Shown piece after piece: positions 53,412-62,251 of a stretch of DNA of 64,000 nt (within the stretch, counting starts at the first letter, position 1; each line of letters begins with the position of its first letter). The position numbers and the translations under genes were made by a program. Below the pieces are notes generated by a model. It had not been told where the DNA came from. It made no database searches and saw only the letters and a list, made by a program, of their open reading frames with translations. Source of the DNA: a virus; IMG/VR virus record IMGVR_UViG_3300012662_000001, positions 32,001 through 96,000 of that record, one strand, 5' to 3'.

Positions 53412-54610
53412 TAACAAAGACAGATAATACCATTAACACTCTGAAGAACCTGTTCTTGGAGGTGCTTCTGAATAAGACAGATAAGGTGTCTGATATCACG
53501 GATAATTCCGTCTTGAACGGTGTTGCCTATGGTGCGGCCAAGATTGCTCAGAAGGCCATTAAGGACGTGGCTATTGTGGAGACGCAGATATTTCCGGAAA
53601 CGGCATCAGGTGAGTGGTTGGATCGTTCAGCGTTGCTGTTTGGTGTTACACCAAGGAAGTCCGCTCACGGTTCTTCCACTTATGTCTGTGTGTTTGCCAA
53701 TCCTGGAACAGTGTATGATAAGGACACTCAGATATTTACGAACACCAATGGAGTTCGCTTTCAACCTGAGGAAACCGTTGTTGTCGGTGATTATGGCTAT
53801 GCCTATATAAAGGTTAGGAGTGTTGGTGAGGGGACTTATACCAATGTGGCCGCAAATAGTATTCTCCGTGTTGCGCCTGTTCCTACTGGACATATCGCCT
53901 GTACGAATGAATACTATGCACAGGGCGGTCGTGATGAGGAGGATGATGATACCTTTAGGCGTAGGATTCTTAACCACCAGAATCTATTTGCGACAACCAC
54001 TCTGGAAAAGATTACACAGGTGTTTCAGAATTTTGATGATAGAGTTCTTAAGATTCTGTGGGTTGGTGTTATGGAGGACGGTTTTCTTCACATTGAGATT
54101 GCCACTCAGAACGGTCAGGATTTATCAGAAGATGAACGTAGTTCATTACTGGAACAGGCACGTCCCTATTTTGGTCTTAGTGACTTGATTGTTAGTGGTC
54201 GATTAATGGGCATTAAATTGGATAATGTTCAGTGGTACGAGGTTGGTGGTGAAGTAGGTCTTGACTTCAGGTGTGAACTGGAAGCAGGGTATGAAATCGC
54301 TGACGTGCGCAGAAGGATTCAGATTGGTGTCACCAAGTATCTTGACTGGAGGTATTGGGCAGCAGGTTCAAAGGTGGAATGGGATAACATTCTTGAGATA
54401 GTGAAAAACACGGAAGGGGTGAAGTATGTGGCCTCGGAATGGTTCTATCCAAATGAGGACGAGTATGTGTCTGAATTTATGCTTCCTCGTGTGAAGAGGT
54501 TTATTATGAGGAACCTGGACGGTACTGTGATGGTGGATTCATCCACTTCCACGGAGATTGAACAGCGATACAACGAGTTGTTCCCTTCCTATTATGCAGC
54601 GAATATTTAA
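53408..54610 (+). CDS. baseplate J-like protein
   Basis: AQGGRDEEDDDTFRRRIL matches the conserved GG.d.E.d..lR.R segment of the Baseplate_J family. Size and position also fit. Confidence 0.7.
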   Translation: MITKTDNTINTLKNLFLEVLLNKTDKVSDITDNSVLNGVAYGAAKIAQKAIKDVAIVETQIFPETASGEWLDRSALLFGVTPRKSAHGSSTYVCVFANPGTVYDKDTQIFTNTNGVRFQPEETVVVGDYGYAYIKVRSVGEGTYTNVAANSILRVAPVPTGHIACTNEYYAQGGRDEEDDDTFRRRILNHQNLFATTTLEKITQVFQNFDDRVLKILWVGVMEDGFLHIEIATQNGQDLSEDERSSLLEQARPYFGLSDLIVSGRLMGIKLDNVQWYEVGGEVGLDFRCELEAGYEIADVRRRIQIGVTKYLDWRYWAAGSKVEWDNILEIVKNTEGVKYVASEWFYPNEDEYVSEFMLPRVKRFIMRNLDGTVMVDSSTSTEIEQRYNELFPSYYAANI

Positions 54611-54633
54611 TTTTGTGGTATAGATATACGATT

Positions 54634-54933
54634 ATGGGACAGAGTTACAATATGGGGAATTACGCTCAGACAACAGGTGTTAAGATGAAGTCTGAGGACG
54701 GCTTGCGTGATCTTACAGTGCAGATAGGCGAGCTTTGGAACATTTCAGGTGACTTTATGTCAACGGAGCCGTTCGCTATCAAAAATATTTCTGAGGATAA
54801 TGTTCTCTTGAATGTGCGTCTCTATGGTATGACGGAGTTCATTGAGACAGTGTTCTATCCGGGCTGGAATATTGAACTTGTGTGTGAGGTTAAGGCAGTT
54901 CCGGCTGGAATCATACAGGGGGGTCGTCTGTAA
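54634..54933 (+). CDS. hypothetical baseplate-module protein
   Basis: The track ORF starts at TTG 54613; the ATG is 54634. Confidence 0.5.
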   Translation: MGQSYNMGNYAQTTGVKMKSEDGLRDLTVQIGELWNISGDFMSTEPFAIKNISEDNVLLNVRLYGMTEFIETVFYPGWNIELVCEVKAVPAGIIQGGRL

Positions 54934-55142
54934 TGAACATTATCGGAAACATACATATCATTGGTAAGAAGGCCTTAAAAATTATTTTGAGGTTCTTCTT
55001 TAAGAAGGATGTTGTATGGATTGATGATAATACACTGGAGGGGGGTCAGGAGGTGGTCTCCAATACGGACTGGAAACTTTATAAGGAAGGAGAACTTGCG
55101 GATGAAGACACTGGAACTTATTCTGTTGAGGACAGAATTTAA
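54933..55142 (+). CDS. hypothetical small protein
   Basis: 69-aa ORF with an ATGA-type overlap with the upstream gene. Confidence 0.4.
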   Translation: MNIIGNIHIIGKKALKIILRFFFKKDVVWIDDNTLEGGQEVVSNTDWKLYKEGELADEDTGTYSVEDRI

Positions 55143-55569
55143 TGAGAAGAGAACCATTGGGGAACTCTTTGCTGACGGCATAAAACTGGCTGACACACTT
55201 GAGGATACGTTGCGTGACTTGCCTGAAAAGTGTCTGAGCACCCCTAAATTTAAGCCTTGTGCCTGTTCTGAGAAAGTATATGGTAAGACGTGTATTCCAG
55301 CAGGACGATATAGAGTGAGGTATCTCTATTCTAATCGGTTTAAACGGAAGTATCCGTGTCTTCAGAATGTCCCTCATTTTCTTGGCATTTTGATTCACGC
55401 AGGTTCCAATGAGGGACACACTGAGGGGTGTATTCTTGTGGGTACTCTGGCTCAGGATGGGCAGCATCTTGTGGACACCTTTAAGGCTCGTGATAGGGTC
55501 TGCAACATTGTTGAGGATGCCGAGAAAAGTGGGTTGGAAGTGTGGGTAACCATTAAAAATGAAAAGTGA
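55102..55569 (+). CDS. putative cell-wall-active enzyme with a YkuD-like His...Gly-Cys motif (DUF5675-like)
   Basis: I chose the internal ATG at 55102 of track ORF 55009..55569 (MKTLELILLRTEFNEKRTIGELF...). IPAGRYRVRY...LIHAGSNEGHTEGCILVG resembles the H.G......S/T.GC catalytic signature of L,D-transpeptidase-fold enzymes. Confidence 0.5.
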   Translation: MKTLELILLRTEFNEKRTIGELFADGIKLADTLEDTLRDLPEKCLSTPKFKPCACSEKVYGKTCIPAGRYRVRYLYSNRFKRKYPCLQNVPHFLGILIHAGSNEGHTEGCILVGTLAQDGQHLVDTFKARDRVCNIVEDAEKSGLEVWVTIKNEK

Positions 55570-55571
55570 TT

Positions 55572-56210
55572 ATGTGGAACGCTGTCTGGAAGTTTGTTTG
55601 TAGAAACTGGAAATGGGTCGTGATGGGTGTGCTTGTCGTGGCGTTGCTTGCTTCTATGACCTATTCCAGAAGTATGCGGTTGCGGTGGCTTCGTGAGAAA
55701 GGCAATGTGGACGCCCTCACTATGGACTATAAGCTGTCCGAGACAAGGAGGGGTGAAGCTGTGGCCACCATTCAGGAGCTTCAATATACGGTTGATGAGT
55801 TTAAGAGACGTCAGATTGGTGATGCGGCCACAATAAAAGAACTGAGAATTCGTGCGAGTGAGGTACGTGAGGTGGTGAAGACGGTTGTTGAGACAAGGAT
55901 TGTATATCGGGACACTATGATTTTGATGCGACCTGATTCTGTCTTGCATTGGAACTATGGCACAAAGTGGTGGTCAGTTGACCAGACTATAGATTTGGCG
56001 AAAAATCCGCCCATTACGGAATTTAATCTGCATACTCGAGATAGTTTGACACACTATCTGTATCGTGTTCCCAAATGTCGGTTTTTGGGTCTGCATTTTG
56101 GTGTTAAGGGGTATGAGATAAAGGTTGTGAATCACAATCCTAATTCCACGATAAGTTATGCAAGGTGGATCTCAGTGTCAAGGGATAAACAGAAAAGAAA
56201 CAGAGAATAA
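55572..56210 (+). CDS. membrane-anchored coiled-coil protein (spanin-like position)
   Basis: The track ORF starts at GTG 55566; the ATG is 55572. It has the N-terminal TM segment WKWVVMGVLVVALLASM followed by helical segments. Confidence 0.5.
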   Translation: MWNAVWKFVCRNWKWVVMGVLVVALLASMTYSRSMRLRWLREKGNVDALTMDYKLSETRRGEAVATIQELQYTVDEFKRRQIGDAATIKELRIRASEVREVVKTVVETRIVYRDTMILMRPDSVLHWNYGTKWWSVDQTIDLAKNPPITEFNLHTRDSLTHYLYRVPKCRFLGLHFGVKGYEIKVVNHNPNSTISYARWISVSRDKQKRNRE

Positions 56211-58754
56211 ATGGCTTCATTTGTATTGGCGGAGTTCCCGCAGGTCGGGACAGGTTTCACGATAAGGACACAGTCAATTCCATTGGCTGGTCTTGTCTGT
56301 GTTATGCGTATGGCGAGAGCTGACTCCGGAAGCCTGTTCAGGTATTCACTTGATGGTGGTCTGACATACACAGGATGGTACACTGTTAATGATGATTCCT
56401 TGAAGATGTGTCTTTTTATGAAGGACACCTTTGAAGTTGTACTTGACTATGTGACCAAGGTTAAGGGGGTGGTTCCGTCCGGAAGAATAATATTCAGTAA
56501 GGATATTCTGGATATGCCGTCCAGTGGTTTTCCAGTACAGAACGGCATATCTTCAAGTGATGCGTGGGAGATAACCATTGGTGCTGAGAGTGAATCCACC
56601 GAGCCTGTTGAAGACGGAATGCAGCCTGTTGATTCTGTGGTGTTTGATAGAACAGGCTTTAAGAATTTCTTTGACGTAAACGATCTGGAAGTTGTTGGGT
56701 GGGCTTGGAACGTCCTTGAAAAAATGTATATTCACGGTGTTGTTCCTATCTATATATCCAGAGTCAATGCCGATGATTTCAATTCCTTTTTCCTTGCGAT
56801 CACTCATCTATTTGCGATAATAGTTGTTTATGGTCGCAAATATCGCAGGATAGAAAATAGCGAAGTCTTGATGAAGACATTCCTTGAACAGTGGGGTATT
56901 GTATATGAGACAATATCCACTCAGGAGGAACGAACAAATATTTTCAATGACTGGATAGGTGAGTTCAGCAGGAGGGGTACTTCACAGATATCAGATGAGG
57001 GTGTTCCTAATAGTGAACTTCGTAGGTTGCTTGGGTATAGCAAGCCGAGTGAGTTTCTGTTTTCTGTTTTGGAACCTTGCAATGTTGGATGGTGTGTTGG
57101 GTACTCTTCTCCTATGTGGTATGGCACTGAATCCGTGAACGCTGTCTCCAAGGGGTGGGACTATGGACTGGACTGGCTTCGTGGTGATGGGGTGCGAGGG
57201 GTTGGTTCATCTGAAATCTATCCTATTGTAGGTAATCTTACAAGAGTGAACACCGTTGATGGGTATGTGTTTCAGACAGGTTCTGGAAGATGCGGTCTAT
57301 TTTCCACCAATAAGTCCAAGGCTGTGGAAGTTTACGCTGGAATGGACTATGAAGTGACTGTGTGGGTTAAGGTGCTGTCTTCAGACGGTGTTCAGAATAT
57401 TGACTTTGGCGTAAACTGTTTTGATGCCAATGGTGGTGCTCTGAAGCAGGTCAGTCTGACTGATCTTCGAATGTCAGATAGTTTCTTTGAGCGAGACGCT
57501 GATTACAGTCCGTGTCTTGTGCCTAATGTGTGGTATAGACTTCGTGGTGTGATTTATAACGTGCTTGCGGATAGAGATCAGAGTATGTATCTGAATTTTA
57601 AGGGTGGAAGACCTTTGAAGTTTGTCAACGGTACGGCATATCTTGCCCCATACATCATTCAGGGGGATCAATCCAGTGTTACGATGCAGATTGGCGGTGT
57701 GATAGTGAAGCCGTTGAATCTCTTCCCGAAGCATCAGACATACAATGTGTCCATTGGTGATTTCGTTCCTATGTTGATGGAGGGTTATCCTGTTCAGGAA
57801 CATTCGTGGAAGAACGGTGCTGGAGATGATATGGTTACGACAATATCTCCAGTGGGGCAGGGTTTTCTTGGTTCAAAGGATGTTGTAGCCATTTATTCAC
57901 AGATAAATTCAGCCAGAACCAAGAAGGATATTGAATCCTTTATTAGAAATTATCTCCTTTCCTACAAGGAGGTGTTCTGGGGTGCGTGGCTTGATTATAT
58001 TCGTCGCTCTTCCTTTTATCTTACATTTGCTGTGACAAAGGCCATTAATGGAGTTCCTCTCGTGGATGCTGTTGTTACGCTTGATAATGGTCTTTCGGGT
58101 GTTACGGATGAGGAGGGGTATATTCGATTTGAGATTGAGACAGGCGTTACTGTGAACTGGGAAGTCACGAAGAAAGGTGTTCGTGAGATTGGCACGGTGC
58201 AGATGACTGATGATAGATTGGTGGAAGTTGCATTGAATCTGCCTGTTGATGTGAATGTTTCTATCTATCAGGATGGATGGGGTACTGTTGATGTTGGTGG
58301 TTCGCTTGTTCCAGGATCAACTATGACCTTGACGGCTGTTGCCACAAATGGGTTCACGTTTAAATCCTGGGAAGTGAATTATGAGGAGTTTACGGCCAAT
58401 CCGTTAAGTTATTCTGTTACAGGGTATGTGGATCCAATTGATGTGCTCGCCATATTTGAAAGGAGCGGTGAATTCACGTTCGTTCCACATAGAGTTGAGA
58501 TTCCTTATGATGGTGGAACGGCTACCGTTAAGGCCATATCATCCAAGAAGTGGGCTTTGGACACCATTGATGCGGATTGGGTGTCTGTAAGTCCGAAGTC
58601 TGGGGAAGCAGGTACAACTGAGGTAAGAATTGAGGTTGGTGATGTCACCTATGATAAGTTCACTGTGAAGTCTGAGGACTCTAATGATTATGAGGACTTT
58701 ACCTGTGAGACTGGAGGAAGTGTTGCTGATGAATTGTTTGTAAAAAGTAAATAG
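56211..58754 (+). CDS. tail fibre or receptor-binding protein with carbohydrate-binding-type modules
   Basis: 847 aa. The C-terminal third has a carboxypeptidase-regulatory-like segment (AVTKAINGVPLVDAVVTLDNGLSGVTDEEGYIRFEI), an InlB B-repeat-like segment (GWGTVDVGGSLVPGSTMTLTAVATNGFTFKSWEVN) and a complete BACON repeat (GGTATVKAISSKKWALDTIDADWVSVSPKSGEAGTTEVRIEV). Confidence 0.65.
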   Translation: MASFVLAEFPQVGTGFTIRTQSIPLAGLVCVMRMARADSGSLFRYSLDGGLTYTGWYTVNDDSLKMCLFMKDTFEVVLDYVTKVKGVVPSGRIIFSKDILDMPSSGFPVQNGISSSDAWEITIGAESESTEPVEDGMQPVDSVVFDRTGFKNFFDVNDLEVVGWAWNVLEKMYIHGVVPIYISRVNADDFNSFFLAITHLFAIIVVYGRKYRRIENSEVLMKTFLEQWGIVYETISTQEERTNIFNDWIGEFSRRGTSQISDEGVPNSELRRLLGYSKPSEFLFSVLEPCNVGWCVGYSSPMWYGTESVNAVSKGWDYGLDWLRGDGVRGVGSSEIYPIVGNLTRVNTVDGYVFQTGSGRCGLFSTNKSKAVEVYAGMDYEVTVWVKVLSSDGVQNIDFGVNCFDANGGALKQVSLTDLRMSDSFFERDADYSPCLVPNVWYRLRGVIYNVLADRDQSMYLNFKGGRPLKFVNGTAYLAPYIIQGDQSSVTMQIGGVIVKPLNLFPKHQTYNVSIGDFVPMLMEGYPVQEHSWKNGAGDDMVTTISPVGQGFLGSKDVVAIYSQINSARTKKDIESFIRNYLLSYKEVFWGAWLDYIRRSSFYLTFAVTKAINGVPLVDAVVTLDNGLSGVTDEEGYIRFEIETGVTVNWEVTKKGVREIGTVQMTDDRLVEVALNLPVDVNVSIYQDGWGTVDVGGSLVPGSTMTLTAVATNGFTFKSWEVNYEEFTANPLSYSVTGYVDPIDVLAIFERSGEFTFVPHRVEIPYDGGTATVKAISSKKWALDTIDADWVSVSPKSGEAGTTEVRIEVGDVTYDKFTVKSEDSNDYEDFTCETGGSVADELFVKSK

Positions 58755-58762
58755 GTTGTGAT

Positions 58763-59662
58763 ATGAGTAGAATTAATATTCACAGAGGAACATTTCTGGA
58801 GAAGGAGGAACTTGTGCGAATGCTGTCATTTCTGGAGAATAGAGATGATATATCAGCGGTTCTTTCATCTTCATTGACATACGGCATTGTCTCTCCAGGA
58901 GCAAAGGCAGGAACGGCATTTTCTGTCTCTGTTTCAGCAAAGGGTAATGCGGTGGACATTGCAGGAGGTTATATCATAACTCCGTCCAATAAGGCGTTTA
59001 GACTGCCTGATACGACAGAGTTTGCCATTCCAGTGGATAATCAATTTTATTGGTTGAAGATTAGTCCAAGAGAACGCAATTATGAGGACGGAACCGTTCA
59101 GGTGGACGTGTCCGGGAATGTTTCCGGAAGTGTGTTCTTTAACGGTGTTGTTCGCAGTCAGTCCTCAGGCGTGCCTACCTGTATTAAGTTCGTGAAGAGC
59201 GACGGTTCCACACCGAAGAATAGTCAGGTTTATCAGGTGGTGGACATTGTGGATGATAATAATATCATTCTGTCAGGCGGTCAGGTGTTTGTGAAGGAAT
59301 CTGATCTTAAGGTTGTGGTGCTTGGTTCCATTCCTATGGGTAGGAGGTTCACCGATGAACAATTGGAGGGTCTATACACCTTTACTGACGTGGAAGTTAG
59401 TCTTGTCGAGGAGGTTTCCACTGGAGAGGCTCCACAGAAGGACACTGATGAATATTACATCGCCAGAATAAAAAACAATGGTGGGAACATTGTCTGGGGT
59501 GATGAACGTTCAGAGTTTTGGAGTCTTGGAACAGGCAGTGGTGGTGATACACCGACACCTCCTACTCCATCAGGGTATGAGAATTATCAGGTTCTTACTG
59601 AAACTGGTTTGTATGAGGACTTTGAGGTTACTGATGGTGTTATGCAGGTGGTTGAACAATAA
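58763..59662 (+). CDS. hypothetical tail-fibre-module protein
   Basis: 299-aa ORF after the fibre gene. Confidence 0.55.
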   Translation: MSRINIHRGTFLEKEELVRMLSFLENRDDISAVLSSSLTYGIVSPGAKAGTAFSVSVSAKGNAVDIAGGYIITPSNKAFRLPDTTEFAIPVDNQFYWLKISPRERNYEDGTVQVDVSGNVSGSVFFNGVVRSQSSGVPTCIKFVKSDGSTPKNSQVYQVVDIVDDNNIILSGGQVFVKESDLKVVVLGSIPMGRRFTDEQLEGLYTFTDVEVSLVEEVSTGEAPQKDTDEYYIARIKNNGGNIVWGDERSEFWSLGTGSGGDTPTPPTPSGYENYQVLTETGLYEDFEVTDGVMQVVEQ

Positions 59663-59674
59663 GGGAGGTGAATT

Positions 59675-60250
59675 ATGCAACTCTATTATACAACAACAAC
59701 AGGCTACAATGCCATTCAGACCAATCCAAGCAGGTCTCTTGGAGGATTTAAGTCATCAACACTTGTCATTAATGATGACTTTTCCAATCTCTTTGATGAC
59801 ATATCTATTATGACGGTGCGTAATGCACGTCCGGAATATCGAGCCATTATCCTTAAGAATGAATTCGCCAATCAGGTTCGCAAGGTGAAAGTGTCAGTTC
59901 AAAGTACGAATGATTCCATCTGCCGATATAAGATGGCCGTGGAATATCTCGTTACGGCGGATAAGTACGGCACAAAGAAGATGAGCAACGTGCAGTCGGC
60001 TCAAAGCAGACCATTTGCCGCACAGTTTGTGGATATGACGGAGGGTGTGACACTTGATCTCGCTGAGACGCTTAATTCAGGTCAGGAGGTCGGCATCTGG
60101 ATATGCCGTGAAATTGATAAGGTCAGGGCTAAAGAACAATATGACAATGTCTGCAAGCCTGACCCTACAGACCCTACTGGAAGATGCTATGTGGCGGTGG
60201 AACGACTAACTGAGGAGACCGTTGATATAGTGGTTGACTGGAAAGGTTAA
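59675..60250 (+). CDS. hypothetical protein
   Basis: 191-aa ORF preceded by gggagg. Confidence 0.55.
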   Translation: MQLYYTTTTGYNAIQTNPSRSLGGFKSSTLVINDDFSNLFDDISIMTVRNARPEYRAIILKNEFANQVRKVKVSVQSTNDSICRYKMAVEYLVTADKYGTKKMSNVQSAQSRPFAAQFVDMTEGVTLDLAETLNSGQEVGIWICREIDKVRAKEQYDNVCKPDPTDPTGRCYVAVERLTEETVDIVVDWKG

Positions 60251-60281
60251 TCAACCGAATTAAGTTAGAAATGATTTCGTT

Positions 60282-60809
60282 ATGCTGTATGACACAGACA
60301 CCTATCAGAACATTGTTCTGACACTATATGACTATCTTCAACGGAGTGTGAAGAAGTCTCCACGTTCCATAAAGTGGGAAAAGCCGTCTCATCAGAAGAC
60401 GGTTCTTTCCTTTATAGAAAGTCTGCCTGATACGGCTGGGGTGCAGTTCATCTGGGACTTTCTTGTCTTTCAGTTCTATGTGTATAATTTTCAGGATCAG
60501 CAGTTAAGACCTCTTCCAGCTTGGTTTATGGGTAAGGAGGCCTGGAATAGGTGGAACTCCTATGATGACGGTGCAAGGCATCACACCCTTGAATGGGCGA
60601 AGGATCATCATATAGAGAATCCATTGAGGAATGTGAACTATAAGAGTGTTTCTCAGGCGGCACTGGAGGGGGAACGGCTACGAATGTCTCGTATTTCTGG
60701 GCCGAACTATTGCGGCCTGAAGTATGAGAACCCCTATGATGATTCCAGCAGAATATGTATGTCGTGCCCTTTTGTGCTGGACTGTGACATTCTTTATGGA
60801 GGAAAGTGA
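60282..60809 (+). CDS. hypothetical protein
   Basis: 175-aa ORF. Confidence 0.55.
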   Translation: MLYDTDTYQNIVLTLYDYLQRSVKKSPRSIKWEKPSHQKTVLSFIESLPDTAGVQFIWDFLVFQFYVYNFQDQQLRPLPAWFMGKEAWNRWNSYDDGARHHTLEWAKDHHIENPLRNVNYKSVSQAALEGERLRMSRISGPNYCGLKYENPYDDSSRICMSCPFVLDCDILYGGK

Positions 60810-60810
60810 T

Positions 60811-61206
60811 ATGGGTGTGAAAGGTGTGTGTCGCAAGTGTGGACGTGAGACAATAATAGTCAATAGGACGCACTGTCTATGTGATTCGTGCAATTATAGA
60901 CGTCTGCATAATGGTCTATCACGATTTGAGTACAAGTTTACGACAAAGAAGTTTCCAGAAAGAGCACGAAGGAAGCGCACTGGAGAAGCGGAGCTTTTTA
61001 AGGAGATATGGGAAGAGCGTCCGCACGTCTGTTCACATTGTGGTAGGCAACTCCCTTCTCCTATGCGAGCAGGTTATTTTAGTCATATTCACTCCAAGGG
61101 GGCGAGACCTGACTTACGATTTTGCAAGGATAATATAGAGTTATTATGTTTGGAGTGCCATTCACAGCACGAATTTGGATTTAATTATGAAAGAGATTCT
61201 TGTTAA
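60811..61206 (+). CDS. HNH-type (beta-beta-alpha-Me, NinG-like) endonuclease
   Basis: I chose the internal ATG at 60811 of track ORF 60724..61206. It has N-terminal CRKCG...CLCDSC, then CSHCGRQL...FSHIHSKGARPDLRFCKDNIELLCLECHSQHEFG. Confidence 0.6.
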   Translation: MGVKGVCRKCGRETIIVNRTHCLCDSCNYRRLHNGLSRFEYKFTTKKFPERARRKRTGEAELFKEIWEERPHVCSHCGRQLPSPMRAGYFSHIHSKGARPDLRFCKDNIELLCLECHSQHEFGFNYERDSC

Positions 61207-61576
61207 GTTAAAACTACTGGCTGACATTCTTGGAATAGGTGCTGTGTCAGCGGAGGTTGAAAAGATTATGCTTCAGGAGCAGCAGGTTTCAACAGAGACA
61301 GTTCTTCGTCTTCTTGGTGAGTTGCTTTCAGTGCTGTCCACTATGAGTAGAAGGATGATGCGCTTTAGGGATAGAACAGGGCAGATTCTTTCTAAGGGCT
61401 TTATCATTATGTTTCGCAAGAGTGAGACAGTTGAGGGTGAGCCCACCATTGTCATAAATGACTTTGGTGCAGGGTTAAAGGCTGAGAATAATCCTGTTAT
61501 AGAACTGGAGCTTGTTTATGACGATGTTGATGTGCGTGATGAGGACTTTGACACGTTGTTATTAATGAAAAACTAA
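61187..61576 (+). CDS. hypothetical protein
   Basis: The track ORF starts at TTG 61175; the ATG is 61187. Confidence 0.5.
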   Translation: MKEILVKLKLLADILGIGAVSAEVEKIMLQEQQVSTETVLRLLGELLSVLSTMSRRMMRFRDRTGQILSKGFIIMFRKSETVEGEPTIVINDFGAGLKAENNPVIELELVYDDVDVRDEDFDTLLLMKN

Positions 61577-61589
61577 AAATGATTTTGTT

Positions 61590-62249
61590 ATGAATTCCAC
61601 GATTAGATACATAATTGTTGGCGATAGTGAGACTGGAGGTCTTCCTAATAAGGACAAACAGGCTTTCTATGACATTGCATTATGTGAATTTGCCTTTGTC
61701 GTCATAGATATTCAGGAAATGAAAGTGGTGGAGGAATGGAGCACTCTTTTCAGACCCTATAAGGACAATCTTGAATACAACCCCAAGGCACTTGAGGTCA
61801 ACGGTCTTACGGTTGAGCAGTTGCAGGAGAGTGGTGATGACTTGAAGAACATTTACAAGGAGATGGTTACACTGTTTAAGAAGTATAAGAATCCTCGTAT
61901 AGGGGCAGTGCTTGCAGGGCATAATTTTCAGCCGTTTGATATGCCTTTCTTGATTAATATGTTTGAGTTCTGTGGCGACAATATCTGGAACTATGTCACA
62001 TTTGTGGAGGATACGATGAAATTGGCTTGGTATCGTGCCACGGAGCAGGAGAATTACAAGCTCGGAACGTGCTGTCGTATGGAGGGTGTTGACTTGGTTG
62101 ATGCTCATCGTGCCCTTGCTGACACCAAGGCAAATGCTCTGTTGCTTCTAAAATATATTTCCTATCTGCGTGGCTCTGGGGAGGGTTTAGATGTTGCGGC
62201 TCCAAGGATGAAGCCGTCTTCCTTTAGAGAGACGTTTCAACTTGTGTAG
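61590..62249 (+). CDS. DnaQ-like (DEDDh) 3'-5' exonuclease
   Basis: ExoI IVGDSETGGL, ExoII AGHNFQPFDMPFL, ExoIII HRALADTKANALLL. Confidence 0.85.
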   Translation: MNSTIRYIIVGDSETGGLPNKDKQAFYDIALCEFAFVVIDIQEMKVVEEWSTLFRPYKDNLEYNPKALEVNGLTVEQLQESGDDLKNIYKEMVTLFKKYKNPRIGAVLAGHNFQPFDMPFLINMFEFCGDNIWNYVTFVEDTMKLAWYRATEQENYKLGTCCRMEGVDLVDAHRALADTKANALLLLKYISYLRGSGEGLDVAAPRMKPSSFRETFQLV

Positions 62250-62251
62250 TG

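Noticed and set aside
21060-62249. Stop-codon reassignment (TAG or TGA recoding), as seen in some gut phages of Bacteroidota.
   Set aside because: All large late genes are uninterrupted under the standard code and are tightly packed. The only broken reading frame (16149..16468) also needs frameshifts, so recoding does not explain it.
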